Assembly (NCBI GenBank): GCA_012295275.1
Contig: CM022678.1
Location: 16,182,001-16,246,000, forward strand
Direction: 5' to 3'
DNA length: 64,000 bases
Origin: Chrysomallon squamiferum
Lineage: Eukaryota; Animalia; Mollusca
Below the pieces are notes generated by a model. It saw nothing but the letters and a program-made list of their open reading frames with translations, was not told where the DNA came from and did not search any database. The position numbers and the translations under genes were made by a program. Shown here one piece after another: positions 26,693 to 40,106 of this stretch; positions within the stretch are counted from its first letter, which is position 1, and every line of letters begins with the position of its first letter.

Positions 26693-28943
26693 TTTTTTTT
26701 TTTTTTTGTTGTAAATTTGATTTTTTGTTTGTTTTACCTGTTTCAGGGTTTTTTGGCAAATATTTGAATGAATATGATGGATCGTACATCCCACCAGGGT
26801 GGAAGGAGTGGGTGGGACTTATCAGAAACTCCCGCTTCTACAACTACACCGTCAACTTCAATGGAATGAAGGTAAAACACGGCGACAACTACTACAAAGA
26901 CTACCTAACCGATCTCATCGCCAACGACAGCGTTACCTTTCTAAAACAAAGCAAACAGTATTACCCAAGCCGGTATGTCTGAAATTCAGTTTAGTAGCGA
27001 GTCATAATTTGTATTTGTAAACAGATTATATAATTATATATATATATTTTTTTTATATATATATTTTTAAACACAACAGTATTATTATAATCAAAATTAT
27101 TTTGTTATTTTTTTATCAATTTAATTTCATTTTATGATCAGTATTTTATGTTATAAAAAAAGATATATATCTATATATAATCATCTGAATTTCTGTTTTA
27201 AAGGAAATTAAGATTTCCTAGCATTTTCAGAACTTTTAAATTTTATATTTTGTTAGTTTGCATTTAGCTTTTGATCTTGATGAAGGTAATTTATTTGTGT
27301 CAATTTGAAAAAATAAAACATAACCTTCATCAGCAAAGTTAAATATGATAGAGGGAAAAAAAAAATCATTATTATTTTTAATGGACAGTTCAACTAGAGC
27401 TCTTCAACTGTTTTATCAAATACTATTTTTTAAATGAGCAAGGTTTATTATTAATTTTTATGCAGTTTATTCTTGATACTATTTATAGACCTGTGTTAAT
27501 GGTATTAAGTACACCAGCACCCCATGGCCCAGAGGATGCAGCACCCCAGTATCAACACATGTTTGTCAACAATACTGACCATCAGTAAGTCTAGTTCAAA
27601 AGATAAATAAGTAAGTCTAGTTCAAAAGATAAATAAGTAAGTCTAGTTCAAAAGATACACTAAGTCTAGTACAAAAGATAAATCAGTAAGTCTGGTTCAA
27701 AAGATAATTAAGTAAGTCTAGTTCAAAAGATACAGTAAATCCAGTTCAAAGGATAAATCAGCAAGTCTAGATCAAAGGGTAAATCAGTAAGTCTAGTCCA
27801 AAAGGTAAATCAGTAAGTCTAGTACAAAAGGTAAATCAGTAAGTCTAGTACAGAAGATAAATCAGTAAGTCTAGTCCAAAAGGTAAATCAGTAAGTCTAG
27901 TACAAAAGGTAAATCAGTAAGTCTAGTACAGAAGATAAATCAGTAAGTCTAGTCCAAAAGGTAAATCAGTAAGGCTAGTATTAAAGGTAAAGCAGTAAGT
28001 CTAGTTCAAATGGTAAATCAGTAAGTAGTACAAAAGGTAAAGTAGTAAGTCTAGTCCAAAAGGTAAATAAGCAAGTCTGGTTCAAAAGATAAATAATGTC
28101 TAGTTCAAAGGGTAAATCGGTAAGTTTAGTCCCAAAGGTAAATAAGTAAGTTTGGTTCAAAAGATAAATAGTAAGTCTAGTACAAAGGTAAATCAGTAAG
28201 TAGTACAAAAGTTAAATCAGTAAGTCTAGTTCAAAAGGTAATTGAGTATGTGTGATTCAGAAAATAAATCGCAAACCAAATAACAACTTTGCCAAAACCT
28301 GAGTAAGTTTCCGTTTTTAATTATAGATTTGTTATTATTATTATTATTATCACTAATTTGTGATTAGTGCTCTAGCTGAAGCGATAGATAAAACATAATA
28401 TTATAAACGACACTGAATTATTAAATAATGCGAGTAATTAATATGAAATTTTTTTAATAATCAGGTAAGTCAGGTTTTAAAAATTGTTTAATCGGGATAA
28501 ATTAAAAATAAAGTTTATAAGCCTCTGTTAACACAATGTGTTCTGAGATAATCAGATATTAAATCTAGTATTAAACGAGAGATAACAATGGTTCCTGGTT
28601 TAAAGTTTCTGTAGCTGAGCCATGAAATACATGTAAGGCAAGTAAAGTGGGTATTAAAATAAAATTGGTGATTATTTGTGCAGTATTGTTGAAACCCATC
28701 CATCAGGTTTTATAAGGTGGACTGAATTTCTTACTTTAAATAAGTTTAATGATGCGTATTGTGTAAGGAAATACTAGATGAAGTAACAACATTAATGACA
28801 ATAACAGGGGTGTTGTAGGAATTAATTCAACTAGAAAAATAATCTGTAGAAAATGTTGATGCAAAAATTTCAGGGCTTGGGAATATGTTTAAAGTTGTCT
28901 GTTACAATAGTAACAACAGTGATAATAATGATTATAATAATAA

Positions 28944-28997
<54 letters not shown>

Positions 28998-29582
28998 TAA
29001 TAATATTCAATAATAATAATAATAATAATAACAATAACAGTAATACTACTACTAATAATAGTAATAATAGTAGTAATAACTAGCTAATAATAATGATTAT
29101 GATGATGATAATAATAAGAATATATATATAATAATAGAACATTAATAGAATACTGACAAAGTTACAGTGATAATTTTAAACATTTAAACAGTATGACTAA
29201 GGAAATACCAACACCATACACATTCAAATATTCATTTATTTATTAAAAAAAAAAAAAAAAAATTAAATTTTTTTTTGTCCTTTTATAGCACTCCATCCTG
29301 GAATTACGCTCCAAACCCAGACAAGCAGTGGTTGCTGCAGATAACAGACCCAATGGCGCCGTTGCACAAGAAATTCACCAACCTGCTGCAGCTAATGCAT
29401 GACTACAGACCCTGCAGTCTGTGGATGACCTCGTTGAAAAGGTGTTGATTTTATAGACGTCATTAAAAACATTTTGTTTATTTAGAAAAAGACATCTCGT
29501 GACGCTGTATTTTCACAGTGGTGAAAGACCTTTTTAGATTCTTTATTATTATTTTTTTTCAATAATATTTGTTAATATGTAT

Positions 29583-29632
<50 letters not shown>

Positions 29633-29737
29633 CTCGTCTAATGATGAAAAACAATATGATATAATTAAAATTTAACATTAAAAAATCAGCTGAAACTGTT
29701 TTATCAGTATTTTTATAATTACCAAATTTGTTTATTT

Positions 29738-29792
<55 letters not shown>

Positions 29793-31164
29793 CCACATAA
29801 TATTTTTCATTTCAGGTGTACAATGAGCTGAAATTACTGGGAGAACTAGACAACACTTACATAATCTACACCTCAGATCACGGCTACCATCTTGGTCAGT
29901 ATGGACTTGTAAAAGGAAAAGCGATGCCGTACGAGTTCGATGTTCACGTTCCACTCATAATCAGAGGTCCAAACATCCAGCCGAAAAGTTTGTAAGTCAT
30001 ACAAAATAGTTCGAATAATTTAATTAAAATCTGCCTAATATAATTAGTGAAAATAAATCTTTGTTGAATGAGTTACTCAGTAAAAGAACAGATTTAAGTA
30101 CTGGGATTTGTAACAATTTAAACATTTTAAAACAATAACATTTGTCACTCAGTGAGAATTAAGTAGTGGCATTAGTCTCGCATAAAGATTTCAGTTAAAA
30201 TGAGTTGACAATGAAACAGTTTAAATAATGGAATTTGTCATGCATAAAGCAACAACAGAATTAGTCTGATACAGTTTTAAATAACAGGTTTAGCAAAGAA
30301 TAAAGCTTTTAAAATTGTGGATCATTCATTCATAAAGATTTATAATAACGGAATTCGATTCAATTAAAGATTTAAATCCTGGTATAAAGAATTCTGTAGC
30401 TATGTTGAATTTATCGAAACCGTTTCTTTGTACTACCAAAATGTATCCTTTGAATTTTTGTTTGTGTTAGAAAACAGCACAATAAAAATTGTTGCTTGTT
30501 TCATTGAGTATATTGCAGATTAAACAACATCGTCATCAATGTCGACCTGGCAGCAACAATCCTCGACATTGCTGGCCTGGACATCCCAACACATGTAGAT
30601 GGACGCTCGATTCTTAAACTGATCAAAGCTTCCAAAGACCCTGCCAAGTAATATCTTTTCTTTTTGTGTTTTTACTCTTTTGTTATGCATGAATAGGTTT
30701 TACATCTTTGTATTTTCTGTGTGAGAGAACGTCCATTAGTTTTGAATTATTATATGTATATATATATATACATATATACATATACGTATGTATGTATTTG
30801 ATGATGCCAGTATGCTGTGAACAGTTTTACTTTTTACACACTGTTTATATCAAGGGTACATCTGTGTCACTTCTCTGGTCGTAGTAATCAAAACAGATTC
30901 ACCCATTTTTAATGTCCCTTAAAAAAATATTTCGTTTAAATAATCATCAAAAATCATAAATTTCATAATAACGTCTGGTTATATAGTGACCTCCTTAAAA
31001 ACAATAAAAATAACAAGAAGAAGAACAAGAACAGTAACCACAAAAAACAAAAACAAACCCACATCAACAACAAAATGCAGTTATCCTTGCGTTCTTAATA
31101 TTTCAAACACACACACACACAAAGAAAAATGTGTGTGTATGTATATATGTATACACGTGTGTGA

Positions 31165-31206
<42 letters not shown>

Positions 31207-32936
31207 GCTGCTTGTGTGTGTCTATATGATTTTCTTTTGGGTTTTTTCAGTGTGGACAGTAATCATTTTGTGAAGACTAAAAAGGTTATGAGGGATACAG
31301 TGCTGTTGGAAAGAGGGTTTGATATGAATTTACTTACATTTATAAAAAATACATAAACTTACAATTCAGTGTTTATTTACATAGTTAAAGAAATCTGTTT
31401 AAAATACCTATCTAAATTTCATTGTGTGTTAGTACCTAGCAAGCTAATACCTATATGACCAATCTAAATTTATTTATCTTCTTCTATACTCTAAATGTGT
31501 ATCTGTCTGTATGTCTACCTACCTACCTACCACCTGGGTTTTTTTGGATAAATTATTTATTTATTTCAGTAACATTTGCAACGAATGTTGAGATATTTCT
31601 TCTTAATAAATGAAAGCTTTTCTTACTTTTTTTTCAAAATGTGTCTTTAAAATAACAAATAATTTAAATAATTTGACTTTGCGGCAGACAAATTAAGTAT
31701 TAATATTTATTTACCCACATTTTGGCAGTCGTGAGAGAGAATAGGTAAACGGTAAAATGTTTTTCAGAAAAGTGACGTCGAAACAGCTGAAGGTGCAGAT
31801 GCGCAAAGAAAAGAATCAGTTCTGGTTGACAGGCGGCCTCGACTGGTACATGCCGAAGATGGTGAGAAAACGGGAGGAATGCAAGAAAACAGATTTCCAG
31901 CTTCCTTGTAAACCACGCCAAGTAAGAGACACTGAACTGTGGGTCACGTGACGTGTGTTTATTTAAACAAATATCGTCAAGTTGTTTTTTACCAGAGCCC
32001 TTCTGTTCTCATTTAAAGACCAATGCAGAAATGTTAAAATATTTATCGGTGTTTTATTTTTTTTTGTTATAAAAATTATAAAAAAAGAGTGAATTATATT
32101 TTTTGTTATTAAATTATATTAACGTGAATTATATTTTTTATTATTAAATTATATTGGAGTGAATTAAATTTATTATTAAATTATATTAGTGTGAATTATA
32201 TATTTATTTATTAAATTATATTACAGAGAATTACATTGTTATTATTAAATTATATTAGAGTGAATTATATTTTTGTTTATTAAATTATATTAGAATTAAT
32301 TATAATTTTTATTACTAAATTATATTAGAGTGAATTACATTATTTATTACTAAATTATGTTAGCCCTTTTTTCAGTTGCGTAAGATGTATTAAATTAAAA
32401 GATTTATCAAATATTTTATATCTGTTGTCTGTCTGTATGTTAAATCATACATACAATGTTCAGTGATAAATCACCATGTAACAGACAAATAGGCATGGTT
32501 ATAAATCATATTAAAATGGAATGTAAAAATAATGTTGAAAATAATTATTAGTATTTATGATGTTAATTCACACCAGATATACATTTAAATTAAAAAAAAG
32601 AAAAATTAATAATAATAATAATAATAAAGTGAAAACAAAATCATTACTCCCAAATTTTTAGTTTTAAATATAAAAAAATATATGCAGTTATTAAAGATAA
32701 TTAAATCTGTAATAGTTATAGATTTCTGAAATGGCTGAAAGCACTTTATGCTCATAATTAAGTTGTGTTTTTTAAAAAAAAACTCATATTTTTTATTTAT
32801 CAAAAAATCTAAAGAGTATGTGTGTCTGTGTGTGAGTGTTAGCCATGTTAATATTTAACTATAACATAAATGTCACGTTTTATTTACATCAGCATATTAT
32901 TTTATTTTTACTTTTATTTATGATAATTATATTTAT

Positions 32937-32981
<45 letters not shown>

Positions 32982-35900
32982 AAGTAAACAAAAACTATTT
33001 TATCTTCAGAAATGGTTTTGCACTATGCAGAGTGGAGGAAGATACAAGAAACAAAAATGTAGAGGCAAATCAAACCCCAAACCTGTTGTCCAGCAGGATG
33101 AGCCCTCCCCATGTGACTGTAACAACCAATCAAAAAAAATCAACAGACAGGAGAGGAAGAAACAAAGAAAATTCATACGAGATCATGTGAAAAACGGTAA
33201 AGGTGAGAAGTATAATATTTCAGGTAGAAATGTTGTCTCTCGCTCTCTCTGATGAGTAGAAAACACAAAGTTACCTGAATCAGTTTCTCACATTTGTTTA
33301 TTTATTTATTTATTCAGTTATTTACATTTCTATTTTATTTTATATATTACATTATTCATTATTATTGGTGTTACTGTTATTACAGCTACTATTACTACTT
33401 CTGAAACTGCTGCAACTATTACTACTGCTAATTATGCTGCTAAGCAATATCACTGTTATTATTATTATTAACATTTATTATAGTTAATAATTATAAAATG
33501 TCTATTTAATTTTTCCTTTTATCACAAACATTTTTATTTTAATTTTATATATTTCAAAAATTACTATTTGTTGTTTTATTCACTTCTGCTTACTTGCTGT
33601 TAATTAAGACATAACTCTAAAATAAGCAGTACTAAATGAAGGTGCATGCCAGGTTGTATGGGTCTTTATTTTCATTGTATATGCTTACATATTTGAATTT
33701 TTTTAATTATTAATTCGGTATTGTTTTTGTTGGTTTCAGATATAAGCATAAAGTTTCTGCGAAACAAGAGATCGATAAGTGCATTAGGGTATGATAACAC
33801 TGATGCTATTCATTTAAAAATGTCCTCAACAAACACTGGATTTGGAGGTAAAGGCAGTGGTAACAGCTTGGTGGTTAAATCCTTCAGTCACTCTCGTACA
33901 TAGACTCCTGTATACATAAACACATGCACATGTATGGCCATACTACAGACACACACGCAAACAAACAGAGATAAATAGACACAGACACACACACATGCAG
34001 ACGCACACACCCAAACATACTCATTAAAGGAGTTAGATTATTAATTTATGATCAAACTTAAGATTAATTATTGAGTTTTTTAAAATGTGAAATATTTAAA
34101 TAAATCCATATTTTTTCACACTTTGATACATTTTTAACAGAAGATGATACTAAACATTAATTATCAATTTATTTATTTTTTTGTGTGTGAAATTATATCT
34201 TTAAATAAATATTTATTTTCAGTATTTGACAATTATGATCGTCGTTGTCGAGTTCTACCAAATGGCACAATATCCTGCGACCAACAGCTGTATAAAGATC
34301 CTTTTGCTTGGAAAAACCATAAAGAAGTTTTAGATGACATGATTCTAGAATACAGAAAATTTCTAGAGGATCTGAGGGTAAATTTCTTTTCTATTCTAAT
34401 AAAAACATACTTATTTACTTTATTCTGATTAAAAAACATTACTTGTTGGTGATATAAATAAATTTTTTTACAATGGAACCTTGGGTTAAGAACGCCTCAA
34501 AGCAAAAACAAATCGGATTACGAACTGAGATCAGGGCAATTTTTGTCTGTGTTTATGAATAATGTCCCGAGTTACGAACTACAGTGATGCATCATGACAA
34601 GCTTTCTCTTAACCTAAGTTTAGATGTAAACATCTAGTAAAGAAAAGAATAGATGCTTACGTCAAAACCAAGGACAGAGTAAGGATTATAGGCATGCCTT
34701 ATAGCAAATACATATCATGAATTAAGGCCTTTAGTCTTCGATACGCAGTTGCAGCTCAATAGCTTTTGCACTGAGATTGTGCGCTCGCATTTTCAAGTAT
34801 TGCTGGTTTTATGTTTATATATTTTTTTCATAAACTATCCAATATGGCACCCAACAAAAGAAAAAGTGAAAGTGATAATGCTGGTGGACAGATTAAACGT
34901 ATCACAGTGGACTCTACTACTGAGTAGAGGTTAAGAAAGAAGTAACATGAGAGTAGTGTTTGTGTGTCTTACGTCGCTTCGGTTTACGAACCGAATTCTG
35001 TAACAAACTTAAGTTCATAACCCACGGTTTCACTGTACTTCCACTTTATTATCTTATTGCTTTAAACGATTTTGTCATCACACATAACATGTAATTTGAA
35101 TGTAGCTATTTTATATTACCCATGGGGAAAAAAATGGCGTTGTGATTTCATCGCATATCTGACTGGCTGATAGCTTTATTTTATTTTATTTTTTACTGAA
35201 AACACTGGAAGAAGCTTTGCAGCACTAGTCCATCCTAAAGAATAGGGGCAGAGAAAAATGGCAGCAACTAATTATTAAACTGTATTTTTTCATCTTATAT
35301 GTCATTTAAATTTTCTGAGGGAGTTGTTTGAGCGCATCCTCATTTCATCGGCATGAAAGTTGTTGAAGAAGAGAAGGAAATGTGCAATATTAAGTGAGAA
35401 AATTAGCAGCAGAGTTTTCTTTTATAATGTTTGTTTTCAGACACAATCATTACAATTCAAAATTCCTTGAAAATGTAAGCTGCTTTGTCTTAAAAACTTT
35501 TATTTTACATAAACTACAAATTTTAATTTTCAGCAACCCATGTTCCTTTTTTGCCATCACTTAAAACTTTAAAAAATAAAAAATAAAATATATTTTACAG
35601 TGCTCATCAAGAGAAAGACAGAAAGAACAACAATTATATCTTGGTTAATTCTAAAATAGGATTTGACTTTTTGCTTCAAAGTTAAGATGAATTAGTATTT
35701 GAAACTGACCCAAAAATCAGTTTGAAATATTGTAAGAATCTAAAGAAAGATATGAAATGGTTATCTGCCCTTGTTTGAATCGGGTAAAAGAAAAACATTA
35801 ACACTCTTGCTCAAGCTCACCTTTTCTCTAGTTCTTCATTAATTGCAGTTACCTCCCCTGCAGCTATTTTAATAATACTTTCTAGTTAAAGAATTTGTTA

Positions 35901-38469
35901 AATAATTTTCAGTGTTTTGCTTACAGTTAAGTCAAACAATCACAGATTAATATCTGAAATGTTTTGTTACATTTCCATGATATTCTAAATTCATTCTACA
36001 GGATTTTTTCTTTTTTTTCTTGTTTTTTTTTCTCAGATTTCACTCTGTAATAAAAAAAAAAAAAAAAAAAAAAAAATGGTGCATTTCACTAAGATTCTTT
36101 ATAGTTTTAATTTAATTTAAAATTTTTCTTTCTCTTGATGTGGATGAAATTTATAATTTCAGGACATCAGACGCCATTTAAAAAAGAAGAAACCAAGTGA
36201 GACGGTGGAAATAGACGGTTTCAGAATAGACAGAAATGAAAACAGAGACTGCAACTGTGATAAAAATAATGTTATAAGGTAAAAATCATCACTAACTGTT
36301 CTAGTCTTTCTGTTAATATATAAATAGTACACAAGTCAATAGTGATGTTAAAAATCCATTGATTTTGTAACCAGATAATAGTAAAATATTGAGATATAAT
36401 TTACACAGATGTTTTTTTTTACTTTGTCACTCTTTTACATTACCATTCATTGAATATTCAGCTGATTTTTATATTCAGTACATAACTGATTTTAAACTTT
36501 TATTAAAGATTTTCTTTTTTAATAACACGTTTTATAAAATGTTACCTGTTTAAAGCAGCATAATGTACTGTATTTTAATGAATATCTTTTTATTAATTTA
36601 CCTTGCTAACTACAATTCATAATTTTGCATAGCCATAAACCTTTTAATTTAAACTGTATATGTGTGTGTGTGTGTGTGTGGGTGTGTGGGTGGGTGTGGG
36701 TGTGTTCACTTATTTATGCTAAATAACACAAGTAACAAATATAATTGTTTTCTGAGGCAATGCAGTTGTGTACTGTGATGTCATAAAATTCACTTTTCAT
36801 ACAATTTACGTTAATATGACACATGATACAAATATAACTCTATACTGAGATATCCTAAAACAAATACATTTCTTATCATGAGAAATTATTTTATCATTTT
36901 TGAATTTTTTTATATTTTTTATTATTATTATTATTTGCAGTAGAAAATATAGTGTTATAAAAGCCTTTTCTTACAATAACATAATAATTTATCATTTATA
37001 ATTATATCCTTTTGTTTTTCTCAGTAGAAATACAGCCATGATTAAAAACCCTTTTCTTATCAAAATGTTAATTTGTTATTTATTCTTATTTTTCGATCGT
37101 TCTCCGCAGAAAACACAGTGTGATAAAACCAGCCAAGATAGAGAGGATGAGGAAACGGGAGAAAAGAAAAAGGAAGAAAATGAAAAAAAAAAGGTCGGGG
37201 TCAACGTGCAATGCTCAGTATGAAATGTTTCACACACAATGATGACCACTGGCGCACTCCTCCACTGTGGAAAGGCAAGTTGAAGAGTTTTATTTTAATA
37301 ATAAATGAAGATGAAGAAGAAGAAGAGCATTTTGCTTCATTTTGATCTCCTTTATTTAAAGAGAAGCAAAATAAAAAGAAATCTTACATATATATATAAT
37401 TCCCTATGTCAGAGGTCATGAATGATAAAGAACTAAGTGAAGTAAATAATGTATATTCATTTTGGTCAAAATCATAATAGTAAAGGTCAAGATGCATTGC
37501 ATAAGGTCATTGTAAAGGTCAAAAGAAAAAAGGTCGGTGTGAAATGGCAGTGATGGTCATGGAGAGGTCAAGGTGAAAAAGACATCCAAAATGAAAACAT
37601 TTTGTAGATAGGTCTAATTCTGATAGCAGGTGTTTTTCATGATATATCCATTGTCTATGTCAAATTTTAAACTTTTTATTTTTCTGTTCGATGTTAACTC
37701 TGGTGTTTTAGGGCTGCATTTCTTTTCTTTTTTTTTAGAAATATTTCTTTGCTGTTGCAGTTTTACGTTGTACGTAGTAATGACATTGTGTTGTTATGTT
37801 TTGAAATCTGTTAATGCTAATGAATGTTTTTGTTCATGGTGTAAGGGGCTTGCCTGTGTCTCACTGCTGTGGGATTTTTTTTTTTCTGTTTAGCAATAAC
37901 ATACTTTTTTAAGAAGACTATTTTTATATTGTTGTGCTTTTACTTTTTTTTTTTTAATTTACTAATTTTTATTGTTTTTATTTTATTTATTTTTTTTTTG
38001 TGATGTTGTAATCAGTTTTACTGTTACGGTTGTGATGAATTGGTGTATTGTATAGCAGTAACCATTAGAATGGAAACTGTTCTCTCTTATCTTCTCTTCC
38101 CTCTTCCTTTTTCCTTTCTTGATTCCCTGAGTTGTTTTTCTTCATAGAAAATGACCATTCTACCCTGTAAATTGTGGGATATATTCCTTGTGCATGAATC
38201 AAAATATTTATTAGAAGAAAAAAGAAAAAAACCAAGAACATTTTTAATTTGCATGGCATATAGTTGCAGATGCATGTTTTTAGATATCATTTTTGGATAA
38301 TGCGTAAAATAATATTAGTAAATTCCAAAAACACACTGAAATACAAAAACAAAATAAAAAAATACACAGCAAACAAAAAAGATACAAAAGAAAAAAGAAA
38401 ATTCTTTCCAACTTTTCAGATTCCTTTCCCAAATTTTGAAAATGAAAAAATAAGAATAAAGAGAAAACC

Positions 38470-38500
<31 letters not shown>

Positions 38501-40046
38501 GCACACAATTAATTATAATTTGTATTAAAAAAATTAAAAGAAAACAGAAAAAAACAACAACAGAACCATCCAGTGTAGATGTGCATGCCATGTTTGTACC
38601 TAGCTGTTTGCGACTTGCCAAACAAATTTGTTTTCTGTCTCCATTTTTAAGGTCAGCGAAGCTTTAACAACGAGCTGTGTAAAATTAAAGGAATGGAATG
38701 TACGTTGATGATGGATGAACACTGGCGAACGCCACCCCAGTGGACATGTAAGGCAGAAAACCCCACCCACCTCACCTCACCTCCCTTCCTTCCTCTCTGT
38801 TATTTACCCCTCTTCTTTCATTCTCGTTTTATTCATTTTGTGTTCTGTGGAAAAAAACAAAAACATCTTGACGTTATTTTTGGGATATTCGCTGTTTTTA
38901 GGTGGTTTTTAACTTATTTATTTCTTCTTTTTTTTGTAGTTGTTTTTTATGTTTGTTACAGTAGATGTGTTTCTGATTTGTATTACTAGAAGAAGATGGT
39001 GTTATAAAGAAATGTTATTGACATTATTTGCATTTAAGAAAAAAAAAAAGAAAAGAAAAGAAAAGACTGAAAGAACAAAATAAAACCAGCTTTTTCAAAT
39101 GCAGTAACGTTTATTAGATGGGTTTACATATGAACATATGTGGACACACACCCATACAAACACATACATACACAAGGAAGACATACACATACACACAAAT
39201 ATATGCATACATAAACACACACATAAACACACATACACCTTCACACACACACATAAAAATACTTTTCTAACTCCACATGTTTTTCTTTTTCAACTTTTTA
39301 AACATTTATTACGTATAAAAAGAGAAGTCTTTGCATTTTTATAGCTATAACTGACATTTGTTTTAGAAGTAAAGTTAAGATTTATATTTTCAACCAATGG
39401 GTTTGACTGACTCAGTCATTTTCATCCTTTATACTTTCGTAATTTATTTTTATTATGATTATCATACCTATTATTACCATTATTTGTACAAAATATTAAA
39501 ATTACTACAGCTAATATACATTCATATAATTTTTATTATTACTTTTTGGAATTTATTTTATATGTTATTTTGATTGTTGCATATTATTATAATTATTGTT
39601 ATGGAATTTTAAATATTTTTTTTATTGTTTGTTGATTATGCATTCTCATCATTATCATCATATCACCAGTATTATCATTACTTTTATTATGTTCATTATA
39701 ATGAGCTTTGTCATTACAATTATTACTATCATCATCATCATCATCATCATCATCAACATTGTTATTATTATTATTGTTGTTATTGGTGGTGTTGATATTA
39801 TTATTATTATTATTATTATTATTATCAACATCGTTATTGTTATTATTATTATTACTATTATTATTTTATCATTATTATTATTGATTATTATTATTATTAT
39901 TAATATTATGATTATCAAGATCATTGTGACTGTTATTATTATTATTATTTTATCATCATTATTATTGATTATTATCATTATTTTAAGTATAATAGCATCA
40001 TTGTTATTAATACTGCTATTATTCTTATTATTATTATTACTGCTGC

Positions 40047-40106
<60 letters not shown>

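Noticed and set aside
27581-28242. CRISPR-like appearance of the 26-, 47- and 73-nt arrays
   Set aside because: Units are head-to-tail with no unique spacers, there are no cas genes, and the context is eukaryotic.
29400-29406. TGA-CTA stop read-through or selenocysteine context, or programmed -1 frameshift at the exon 5 lesion
   Set aside because: The TGA is not in the incoming frame, a -1 slip would land on it, and there is no slippery heptamer; a plain indel explains it better.
37193-37200. Internal donor AG|GTCGGG that would make exon 14's motif and exon 14b mutually exclusive
   Set aside because: With the A10 run as given, the phase (2) does not match the 14b acceptor (phase 1) and the donor is weak; worth revisiting only if the A-run length is wrong.
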